This document shows, in pieces, positions 14,002-26,400 of a stretch of DNA of 64,000 nt. Under the pieces are notes generated by a model. That model searched no databases and was not told where the DNA came from. It saw only the letters and a program-made list of their open reading frames with translations. A program made the translations under genes and the position numbers. Source of the DNA: the human T2T-CHM13v2.0 reference genome, Homo sapiens. The stretch lies in the NCBI RefSeq assembly GCF_009914755.1, contig NC_060933.1; one strand, given 5' to 3'. Every line of letters begins with the position of its first letter. Positions within the stretch are counted from its first letter, which is position 1.

Positions 14002-17000
14002 ATTCCATTGCATTCCATTCCATTCCATTCCCCTGCACTCGCGTTCATTCCATTCCATTCCATTCCATTCCATTCCATTCCATTCCATTCCTTTCCGTTC
14101 CATTCCATTCCATTCCATTCCATTCCATTCCATGCCATTCCGTTCTGTTCCGTTCCGTTCCATTCCATTCCATTCCATTCTATTCGGGTTAATTCCATTC
14201 CATTCCATTCGACTGCATTCGAGTTGATTCCATTCCATTCCATTCCATTCCATTCCATTCCATTCCATTCCATTCCATTCCTTTCCATTCCATTACGGAT
14301 GATTCCATTCCATTGCATTCCATTCCATTCCATTCCCCTGTACTCGGGTTGATTCCATTCCATTCCATTCCAATCCATGCCATTCCACTCGTGTTGATTC
14401 CATTCTTTCCATTCCATTCAAGTTGAATCCATTACATTGCATTCCATTCCATTCCATTCCCCTGCAGTCGGGTTGATTCCATTCCATTCCATTCCATTCC
14501 ATTCCATTCTATTCCGTTCCGTTCCGTTCCATTCCATTCCATTCCATTCCATTCTATTCGGGTTAATTCCATTCCATTCCATTCCATTCCATTCCATTCC
14601 AATCGAGTTGATTCCATTCCATTCCATTCCATTCCATTCCACTCCATTCCAGTCCTTTTCATTCCATTCCACTCGGGTTGATTCCAATGTATTCCTTTCC
14701 ATTCCATTCCATTCCATTGCAATCGAGTTGATTCCATTGCTTTGCATTCCATTCCATTCCATTCCATTCCGGATGATTCCATTCCATTGCATTCCATTCC
14801 ATTCCATTCCTCTGCACTCGGGTTGATTCCATTCCATTCCACTCCATTCCGTTCCATTCCATTCCATTCCATTGTATTCGGGTTAATTCAATTCCATTCC
14901 ATTCCATTCCATTCCATTCCATTCCATTCCATCACAATCGAGTTTGTTCCATTCCATTCCATTCCATTCCATTCCATTCCATTCCGGATGATTCCATTCG
15001 ATTACATTCCGTTCCATTACATTCCCCTGCACGCGGGTTGATTCCATTCCATTCCATTCCATTCCATTCCATTCGATTCCATTCCATTCCAATTCTTTCC
15101 ATTCCATTCTATTCCGTACCATTCCATTGCATTCCATACCATTCCATTCCATTCCATTCCATTCCATTCCATTCCATTCCGTTCCGTTCCATCCCAATCC
15201 ATTCCATTTTATTCGGGTTAATTCCATTCCATTCCATTCCATTCCATTCTATTCCATTCCATTGCAATCGAGTTGAGTCCATTTCATTCCATTCCATTCC
15301 ATTCCGGAAGATTCCATTCCATTGCATTCAATTCCATTCCATTCCCCTGCACTCGCGTTGATTCCATTCCATTCCATTCCATTCCGTTCCGTTCCATTCC
15401 ATTCCATTCCATTCCATTCCGTTCCGTTCCGTTCCGTTCCATTTGATTCCATTCTATTCGGGTTAATTCCATTCCATTCCATTCGATTGCAATCGAGGTG
15501 ATTCCATTCCATTCCATTCCATTCCATTCCATTCCATTGCATTCTTTTCCATTCCATTACGGATGATTCCATTCCATTGCATTACCTTCCATTCCATTCC
15601 CCTGTACTCGGGTTGATTCCATTCCATTCCATTCCATTCCATTCTATTCCATTCCATTCCGGAAGATTCCATTTCATTGCATTCCATTCCATTCCATTCC
15701 CCTGCACTCGCGTTGATTCCATTCCATTCCATTCCATTCCATTCCATTCCATTCCATTCCGTTCCGTTCCATTCCATTCCATTCCATTCCATTCCATTCC
15801 GTTCCGTTCCATTCCATTCCATTCCATTCTATTCGGGTTAATTCCATTCCATTCCATTCGATTGCAATCGTGTTGATTCCATTCCATTCCATTCCATTCC
15901 ATTCCATTCAATTCCATTCCATTCCTTTCCATTCCATTACGGATGATTCCATTCCATTGCATTCCATTCCATTCCATTCCCCTGTACTCGGGTTGTTTCC
16001 ATTCCATTGCATTCCAATCCATGCCCTTCCACTCGTGTTGATTCCATTCTTTCCATTCCATTCAAGTTGAATCCATTCCATTGCATTCCATTCAATTCGA
16101 TTCCATTCGATTGCACTCGGGTTGATTCCATTCCATTGCATTCCATTCCATTCCATTCCATTCCATTCCATTCCATTCCGTTCCATTCCATTCCATTACA
16201 TTCGGATTGATTCTATTCAATTCCCTTACACTCCATTACATTCCATTCCATTCGGGTAGTTTCCATTCCATTCCATTCCATTCCTCTCCATTCCATTGCA
16301 CTCGGGTTGATTCCATTCCATTGCATTCCATTCCATTCCATTCAATTCCATTCCGTTCCATTCCATTCCATTCCATTCGGATTGATTCTATTCAACTCCC
16401 TTACTCTCCATTACATTCCATTTCATTCGGGTTGTTGCATACCATTCCGTTCCATTCCACTCCATTCCATTGCACTCGGGTTTATTCCATTCCATTCCAT
16501 TCCATTCCATTCCATTCTATTCCGGAAGATTCCATTCCATTGCATTCCATTCCATTCCATTCCATTCCAATCGAGTTGATTCCATTCCATTGCATTCCAT
16601 TCCATTCCACTCCATTCCAGTCCTTTCCATTCCATTACACTCGGGTTGATTCCATTCCATTCCACTCCATTCCGTTCCATTCCATTCCATTCCATTGTAT
16701 TCGGGTTAATTCCATTCCATTCCATTCCATTCCATTCCATTCCATTCCATTCCATTCCATTCCATTACAATCGAGTTGATTCCATTCCATTCCATTCCAT
16801 TCCATTCCATTCCATTCCAGTCCTTTCCATTCCATTCCACTCGGGTTGATTCCATTCTATTAGTTTCCATTCCATTCCATTCCCTTCCATTCCACTCTGG
16901 TTGATTCCATTCCTTTCCATTCCACTCGAATACATTCCCTCCTATTCCACTCGGAACGATTCCATTCCATTCCATTCCATTCCATTCCAATCCATTCCAT

Positions 17001-17714
17001 TCCATTCCAGTTCGTTCCATTCCGTTCTATTCGGTACCATTCCATTCCATTCCATTCCTTTCCATTCCATTCCTTTCCACTCGTGTTGATTCCATTCCTT
17101 TCCATTCCATTCGGTTTGAAGGCATTCCATTCCATTCAATTCCATTCCATTCCATTCCATTCCCTTCCATTCTATTCCATTGCATTGCAATCGAGTTGAA
17201 TCCATTGCCTTTCATTCCATTCCATTCCATTCCATTCCATTCCGGAAGATTCCATTCCATTACATTCCATTCCATTCCATTCCCCTGCACTCGCGTTGAT
17301 TCCATTCCATTCCATTCCATTCCATTCTATTCGGGTTAATTCCATTCCATTCCATTCCATTCCATTCCATTGCAATCGAGTTGATTCCATTCCATTCCAT
17401 TCCACTCCATTCCAGTCCTTTCCATTCCATTCCACTCGGGTTGATTCCAATGTATTCCTTTCCATTCCATTCCATTCCATTGCAATCGAGTTGATTCCAT
17501 TGCTTTGCATTCCATTCCGTTCCATTCCATTCCGGATGATTCCATTCCATTGCATTCCATTCCATTCCATTCCCCTGCACTCGGGTTGATTCCATTCCAT
17601 TCCACTCCATTCCGTTCCATTCCATTCCATTCCATTGTATTCAGGTTAATTCCATTCCATTCCATTCCATTCCATTCCATTACAATCGAGTTGATTCCAT
17701 TCCATTCCATTCCA

Positions 17715-20461
17715 TTCCATTCCATTCCAGTCCTTTCCATTCCATTCCACTCGGGTTGATTCCATTCTATTAGTTTCCATTCCATTCCATTCCCTTCCAT
17801 TCCACTCTGGTTGATTCCATTCCTTTCCATTCCATTTAATTCCATTCCATTCCATTCCATTCCATTCCATTCCAATCCGTTCCATTCCATTCTATTCCAC
17901 TGCAACCGACTTGATTCCATTCCATTCCATTCTATTCCATTCCATTCCATTCCATTCCATTCCATTCCATTCCATTTTGTTCCAATCCATTCTATTCCGA
18001 ACCATTCCATTCCATTCCATTACATTCCATTGCATTCCATTCCATGCCATTCCACTCGGGTTGATTCCATTCCATTCCATTGCATTCCATTCCATTCCAT
18101 TCCATTCCCTTCCGTTCCATTCCATTTCATTACATTCATTTTGATTCTATTCAATTCCCTTACACTCCATTATATTCCAATCCATTCTGGTTGTTTCCAT
18201 TCCATTCCATTCCATTTCACTCCATTCCATTGCACTCGGTTTGATTCCATTCCATTCCATTCCATTCCATTCCGGATGATTCCATTCCATTGCATTCCAT
18301 TCCATTCCATTCCCCTGCACTCAGGTTGATTCCATTCCATTCCATTCCACTCCATTCGGTTCCGTTCCATTCCATTCTATTGCATTCCATTCTATTCGGG
18401 TTAATTCCATTCCATTCTATTCCATTCCATTCCATTCCATTCCATTGCAATGGAGTTGATTCCATTCCATTCCATTCCATTCAAGATGATTCCATTCCAT
18501 TGCATTCCATTCCATTCCATTCCCCTGCACTCGTGTTGATTCCATTACCTTCTATTCCATTCCATTCCGTTCCATTCCATTGCATTCCATTCTATTCCGG
18601 TTAATTCCATTCCATTCCATTCCATTCCATTCCATTCCATTCCATTGCAATCGAGTTGATTCCATTCCATTCCTTTCCATTCCATTCCATTGCCTTGCAT
18701 TCCAATCGGGTTGATTCCATTCCCTTCTTTCCACTCCATTACATTCCCTTCCATTCCACTCGGAATGATTGATTATATTCCATTCCATTCCATTTCATTC
18801 CATTGCAATCCATTCCAATCCATTCCATTCCATTCCACTCGAGTTGATTTCATTCCATTCCTTTCCATTCCATTCCATTCCTTTCCATTCGAGTTGATTC
18901 CATTCCATTCCATTCCATTGCATTCCATTCCATGCCATTCCACTCGGGTTGATTCCATTCCTTTGCATTCCATTCCATTCCATTCCATTCCATTCCATTC
19001 CATTCCGTTGCATTCCATTCCATTACATTCCGATTGATTCTATTCAACTCCCTTACTCTCCATTACATTCCATTCCATTCGGGTTGTTCCATTCCATTCC
19101 ATTCCATTCCACTCCATTCCATTGCACTCGGGTTGATTCCATTCCATTCCATTCCATTCCATTCCATTCCATTCCGGATGATTCCATTCCATTGCATTCC
19201 GTTCCATTACATTCCCCTGCACTCGCGTTGATTCCATTCCATTCCATTCCATTCCATTCAATTCCATTCCATTACAATTCGTTCCATTCCATTCTATTCC
19301 CTACCATTCCATTCCATTCCATACCATTCCATTCCATTCCATTCCATTCCATTCCATTCCTTTCCATTCCGTTCCATTCCATTCCATTCCATTCTATTCG
19401 GGTTAATTCCATTCCATTCCATTCCATTCCATTCCATTCCATTCCTTTCCATTCCATTACGGATGATTCCATTCCATTGCATTCCATTCCATTCCATTCC
19501 CCTGTACTCGGGTTGTTTCCATTCCATTGCATTCCAATCCATGCCCTTCCACTCGTGTTGATTCCATTCTTTCCATTCCATTCAAGTTGAATCCATTCCA
19601 TTGCATTCCATTCAATTCGATTCCATTCGATTGCACTCGGGTTGATTCCATTCCATTGCATTCCATTCCATTCCATTCCATTCCATTCCATTCCATTCCA
19701 TTCCGTTCCATTCCATTCCATTACATTCGGATTGATTCTATTCAATTCCCTTACACTCCATTACATTCCATTCCATTCGGGTAGTTTCCATTCCATTCCA
19801 TTCCATTCCTCTCCATTCCATTGCACTCGGGTTGATTCCATTCCATTGCATTCCATTCCATTCCATTCAATTCCATTCCGTTCCATTCCATTCCATTACA
19901 TTCTAATTGATTCTATTCATCTCCCTTAGTCTCCATTACATTCCATTCCATTCGGGTTGTTCCATTCCATTCCATTCCATTCCACTCCATTCCATTGCAC
20001 TCGGGTTGATTCCATTCCATTCCATTCCATTCCATTCCATTCCATTCCGGAAGATTCCATTCCATTGCATTCCATTCCATTCCATTCCCCTGCACTCGCG
20101 TTGATTCCATTCCATTCCATTCCATTCGATTCCATTCCACTCCATTCCATTGCACTCGGGTTGATTCCATTCCATTCCATTCCATTCCATTCCATTCCGG
20201 ATGATTCCATTCCATTGCATTCCGTTCCATTACATTCCCCTGCACTCGCGTTGATTCCATTCCATTCCATTCCATTCCATTCAATTCCATTCCATTACAA
20301 TTCGTTCCATTCCATTCTATTCCGTACCATTCCATTCCATACCATTCCATTTCATTCCATTCCATTCCATTCCATTCCATTCCGTTCCACTCCGTTCCAT
20401 TCCATTCCATTGCATTCTATTCGGGTTAATCCCATTCCATTCCATTCCATTCCATTCTATG
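17715..20461 (+). repeat. Block C (2.75 kb; contains the most diverged HSat3 segment), copy 1
   Basis: Motifs tgcaaccgacttg (17901), cattcattttgatt (~18133), cggaatgattgattatattc (18761) and ttctaattgattctattcatctcc (19901) are absent from A, B and D. The whole block recurs at +35600. Confidence 0.87.
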
Positions 20462-23400
20462 CCATTCCATTGCAATCGAGTTGAATCCATTGCATTTCAT
20501 TCCATTCCATTCCATTCCATTCCATTCCGGAAGATTCCATTCCATTGCATTCCATTCCATTCCATTCCCCTGCATTCGCGTTGATTCCATTCCATTCCAT
20601 TCCATTCCATTCCATTCGGTTCCGTTCCATTCCATTCCATTCCATTCCATTCCGTTCCGTTCCATTCCTTTCCATTCCATTCTATTCGTGTTAATTCCAT
20701 TCCATTCCATTCGATTGCAATCGAGTTGATTCCATTCCATTCCATTCCATTCCATTCCATTCCATTCCATTCCATTCCTTTCCATTCCATTACGGATGAT
20801 TCCATTCCATTGCATTCCATTCCATTCCATTCCCCTGTACTCGGGTTGATTCCATTCCATTCCATTCCAATCCTTGCCATTCCACTCGTGTTGATTCCAT
20901 TCTTTCCATTCCATTCAAGTTGAATCCATCCCATTGCATTCCATTCCATTCGATTCCATTCGATTGCACTCGGGTTGATTCCATTCCATTGCATTCCATT
21001 CCATTCCATTCCATTCCATTCCATTCCATTCCGTTCCATTCCATTTCTTTACATTCAGATTGATTCTATTCAATTCCCTTACACTCCATTATATTCCAAT
21101 CCATTCTGGTTGTTTCCATTCCATTCCATTCCATTTCACTCCATTCCATTGCACTCGGGTTGATTCCATTCCATTCTATTCCATTGCATTCCATTCCGTT
21201 CCATTCCGGATGATTCCATTCCATTGCATTCCTTTCCATTCCATTCCCCTGCAATCGGGTTGATTCCATTCGTTTCCATTACATTACATTCCGTTCCATT
21301 CCATTCCATTCCATTCGGATTGATTGTATTCAATTCCCTTACACTCCATTTCATTCCATTCTATTCGGGTAGTTTCCATTCCATTCCATTCCATTCCTCT
21401 CCATTCCATTGCACTCGGGTTGATTCCATTCCATTCCATTCCATTCCATTCCATTCCATTCCATTACATTACATTACATTCCTTTCCATTGTACTCGGTT
21501 TGATTCCATTCCATTGCATTCCATTCCATTCCATTCCATTCCATTCCATTCCATTCCATTCCGTTCCATTCCATTACATTCGGATTGATTCTATTCAACT
21601 CCCTAACTCTCCATTACATTCCATTCCATTCGGGTTGTTCCATTCCATTCCATTCCATTCCACTCCATTCCATTGCACTCGGGTTGATTCCATTCCATTC
21701 CATTCCATTCAATTCCATTCCATTCCATTCCGGATGATTCCATTCCATTGCATTCCGTTCCATTACATTCCCCTGCATTCGGGTTGATTCCATTCCATTC
21801 CATTCGATTCCATTCCATTCGAATTCTTTCCTTTCCATTCTATTCCGTACCATTCCATTCCATTCCATACAATTCCATTCCATTCACTTCCACTCCGTAC
21901 CGTTCCGTTCCGTTCCGTTCCATTCCATTCCATTCCATTCTATTCGGTTTAATTCCATTCCTTTCCATTCCATTCCATTCTATTCCATTCCATTGCACTC
22001 GAGTTGCATCCATTGCATTCCATTCCATTCCATTCCATTCCATTCCATTCCATTCCATTCCATTCCGGAAGATTCCATTCCATTGCATTCCATTCCATTC
22101 CATTCCATTCCATTCCATTCCATTGTACTCGGGTTGATTCCATTCCATTGCATTCCATTCCATTCCATTCCATTCCATTCCATTCCATTCCCTTCCATTC
22201 CATTCCATTACATTCGGATTGATTCTTTTCAACTCCCTTACTCTCCATTCCATTCCATTCCATTCCATTCCATTCCATTCCGGAAGATTCCATTCCATTG
22301 CATTCCATTCCATTCCATTCCATTGTACTCGGGTGGATTCCATTCCATTGCATTCCATTCTATTCCTTTCCATTCCATTCCATTCCGTTCCATTCCATTG
22401 CATTACATTCGGATTGATTCTTTTCAACTCACTTACTCTCCATTACATTCCATTCCATTTGGGTTGTTCCATTCCATTCAATTCCCTTCCACTCCATTCC
22501 ATTTCACTCGGGTTGATTCCATTCCATTCTATTCCATTGCATTCCGGGTGATTCCATTCCATTGCATTCCGTTCCATTAGATTCCCCTGCACTCGGGTTG
22601 ATTCCATTCCATTCCATTCCATTCCATTCCATTCCATTACATTCCCCTGCACTCGCGTTGATTCCATTCCATTCCATTCCATTCCATTCCATTCCATTCC
22701 ATTCCATTCCATTCCATTCCTTTCCATTCCAGTCCTTTCCATTCCATTCCACTCGGGTTGATTCCATTCTATTAGTTTCCATTCCATTCCATTCCCTTCC
22801 ATTCCACTCTGGTTGATTCCATTCCTTTCCATTCCACTCGAATACATTCCCTCCTATTCCACTCGGAACGATTCCATTCCATTCCATTCCATTCAATTCC
22901 ATTCCATTCCATTCCATTCCATTTCGTTCCATTCCATTCTATTCCGTATCATTCCATTCCATTCCATTCCATTCCATTCCACTCGTGTTGATTCCATTCC
23001 TTTCCATTCCATTCGGTTTGAAGGCATTCCATTCCATTCCATTCCATTCCTTTCCATTCCATTCCATTCCATTCCATTCTATTTTACTCGGGTTGATTCC
23101 ATTCCGTTGCATTCCATTCCATTCCATTCCATTCCTTTCCATTCCGTTGCATTCCATTCCATTACATTCGGATTGATTCTATTCAACTCCCTTACTCTCC
23201 ATTACATTCCATTCCATTCGGGTTGTTCCATTCCATTCCATTCCATTCCACTCCATTCCATTGCACTCGGGTTGATTCCATTCCATTCCATTCCATTCCA
23301 TTCCATTCCGGATGATTCCATTCCATTGCATTCCGTTCCTTTACATTCCCCTGCACTCGCGTTGATTCCATTCCATTCCATTCAATTCCATTCCATTACA

Positions 23401-26400
23401 CTTCGTTCCATTCCCTTCTATTCCGTACCATTCCATTCCATTCCATACCATTCCATTCCATTCCATTCCATTCCATTCCATTCTGTTCCATTCCGTTCCA
23501 TTCCATTCCATTCCATTCTATTCGGGTTAATTCCATTCCATTCCATTCCATTCCATTCCATTCCATTCTATTCCATTCCATTGCAATCCAGTTGAATCCA
23601 TTGCATTTCATTCCATTCCATTCCATTCTATTCAATTCCATTCCGTTCCATTCCATTCCATTACATTCGGATTGATTCTATTCAACTCCCTTACTCTCCA
23701 TTACATTCCATTCCATTCGGGTTGTTCCATTCCATTCCATTCCATTCCACTCCATTCCATTGCACTCGGGTTTATTCCATTCCATTCCATTCCATTCCAT
23801 TCCATTCCATTCCATTCCGTTCCGTTCCATTCCATTCCATTCCATTCTATTCGGGTTAATTCCATTCCATTCCATTCCATTCCATTCCAATCGAGTTGAT
23901 TCCATTCCATTCCATTCCATTCCACTCCATTCCAGTCCTTTCCATTCCATTCCACTCGGGTTGATTCCAATGTATTCCTTTCCATTCCATTCCATTCCAT
24001 TGCAATCGAGTTGATTCCATTGCTTTCAATTCCATTCCATTCCATTCCATTCCGGATGACTCCATTCCATTGCATTCCATTCCATTCCATTCTCCTGCAC
24101 TCGGGTTGATTCCATTCCATTCAACTCCTTTCCGTTCCATTCCATTCCATTCCATTGTATTCGGGTTAATTCCATTCCATTCCATTCCATTCCATTCCAT
24201 TCCATTACAATCGAGTTGATTCCATTCCATTCCATTCCATTCCTCTCCTTTCCATTGCACTCGGGTTGATTCCATTCCATTGCATTCCATTCCATTCCAT
24301 TCAATTCCATTCCGTTCCATTCCATTCCATTACATTCGGATTGATTCTATTCAACTCCCTTACTCTCCATTACATTCCATTCCATTCGGGTTGTTCCATT
24401 CCATTCCATTCCATTCCACTCCATTCCATTGCACTCGGGTTGATTCCATTCCATTCCATTCCATTCCATTCCATTCCATTCCGGAAGATTCCATTCCATT
24501 GCATTCCATTCCATTCCATTCCCCTGCACTCGCGTTGATTCCATTCTATTCCATTCTATTCCATTCCATTCCCTTCCTTTCCGTTCCATTCCATTCCATT
24601 CCTTTCCATTCCATTCCATTCCGTTCCGTTCCTTTCCATTCCATTACGGATGATTCCATTCCATTGCATTCCATTCCATTCCATTCCCCTGCACTCGGGT
24701 TGATTCCATTCCATTCCATTACATTCGGATTGATTCTATTCAACTCCCTTACTCTCCATTACATTCCATTCCATTCGGGTTGTTCCATTCCATTCCATTC
24801 CATTCCACTCCATTCCATTGCACTCGGGTTGATTCCATTCCATTCCATTCCATTCCATTCCATTCCATTCCAATCCGGATGATTCCATTCCATTGCATTC
24901 CGTTCCATTACATTCCCCTGCACTCGCGTTGATTCCATTCCATTCCATTCAATTCCATTCCATTACACTTCGCTCCATTCCATTCTATTCCGTACCATTC
25001 CATTCCATTCCATACCATTCCATTCCATTCCATTCCATTCCATTCCGTTCCATTCCGTTCCATTCCATTCCATTCCATTCTATTCGAATTAATTCCATTC
25101 CATTCCATTCCATTCCATTCTATTCCATTCCATTGCAATCGAGTTGAATCCATTGCATTTCATTCCATTCCATTCCATTCCATTCCATTCCGGAAGATTC
25201 CATTCCATTGCATTCCATTCTATTCCATTCCCCTGCACTCGCGTTGATTCCATTCCATTCCATTCTATTCCATTCCATTCCCTTCCTTTCCGTTCCATTC
25301 CATTCCATTCCATTCCATTCCACTCCATTCCGTTCCGTTCCATTCCATTCCATTCCATTCTATTCGGGTTAATTCCATTCCATTCCATTCGATTGCAATG
25401 GAGTTGATTCCATTCCATTCCATTCCATTCCATTCCATTCCATTCCTTTCCATTCCATTACGGATGATTCCATTCCATTGCATTCCATTCCATTCCATTC
25501 CCCTGTACTCGGGTTGATTCCATTCCATTCCATTCCAATCCATGCCATTCCACTCGTGTTGATTCCATTCTTTCCATTCCATTCAAGTTGAATCCATTCC
25601 ATTGCATTCCATTCCATTCGATTCCATTCGATTGCACTCGGGTTGATTCCATTTCATTGCATTCCATTCCATTCCATTCCATTCCATTCCATTCCGTTCC
25701 ATTCCATTCCATTACATTCGGATTGATTCTATTCAATTCCCTTACACTCCATTACATTCCATTCCATTCGTGTAGTTTCCATTCCATTCCATTCCATTCC
25801 TCTCCATTCCATTGAACTCGGGTTGATTCCATTCCATTGCATTCCATTCCATTCCATTCAATTCCATTCCGTTCCATTCCATTCCATTACATTCGGATTG
25901 ATTCTATTCAACTCCCTTACTCTCCATTACATTCCATTCCATTCGGGTTGTTCCATTCCATTCCATTCCATTCCACTCCATTCCATTGCACTCGGGTTTA
26001 TTCCATTCCATTCCATTCCATTCCATTCCATTCCATTCCATTCCGGAAGATTCCATTCCATTGCATTCCATTCCATTCCATTCCCCTGCACTCGCGTTGA
26101 TTCCATTCCATTACATTCCATTCCATTCCATTCCATTCCATTCCTTTTCGTTCCAATCCATTCCATTCCATTCCATTCCATTCCATTCCATTCCATTCCA
26201 ATCGAGTTGATTCCATTCCATTCCATTCCATTCCATTCCACTCCATTCCAGTCCTTTCCATTCCATTACACTCGGGTTGATTCCAATGTATTCCTTTCCA
26301 CTCCATTCCATTCCATTGCAATCGAGTTGACTCCATTGCTTTGCATTCCATTCCATTCCATTCCATTCGGGATGATTCCATTCCATTGCATTCCATTCCA

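Larger units (their letters stand above)
3301..17714 (+). repeat. Block B, 14.4 kb core, copy 1 of 3
   Basis: Matches 20462-34880 at offsets 17161-17176 (3336 vs 20497; 5642 vs 22813; 13321 vs 30492; 16860 vs 34036; 17505 vs 34671) and 38926-53314 at offsets 35600-35625. Confidence 0.92.
1..20461 (+). repeat. 35.6 kb-period duplication, left copy (blocks A+B+C; truncated by window start)
   Basis: Matching ORFs recur at offsets 35630 (272 vs 35902), 35625 (3336 vs 38961), 35620 (5642 vs 41262), 35615 (9641 vs 45256), 35605 (12117 vs 47722) and 35600 (14418 vs 50018; 19957 vs 55557). Confidence 0.93.

Noticed and set aside
18766-18775. TGATTGATTA as a DUX4 or PBX/HOX site (also ~54366, ~59383)
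   Set aside because: One base too short for the DUX4 TGATT-NNN-TTA spacing. The 8-bp PBX-like match arises at a 1-bp deletion and has only three copies, all from duplication, so there is no support for function.
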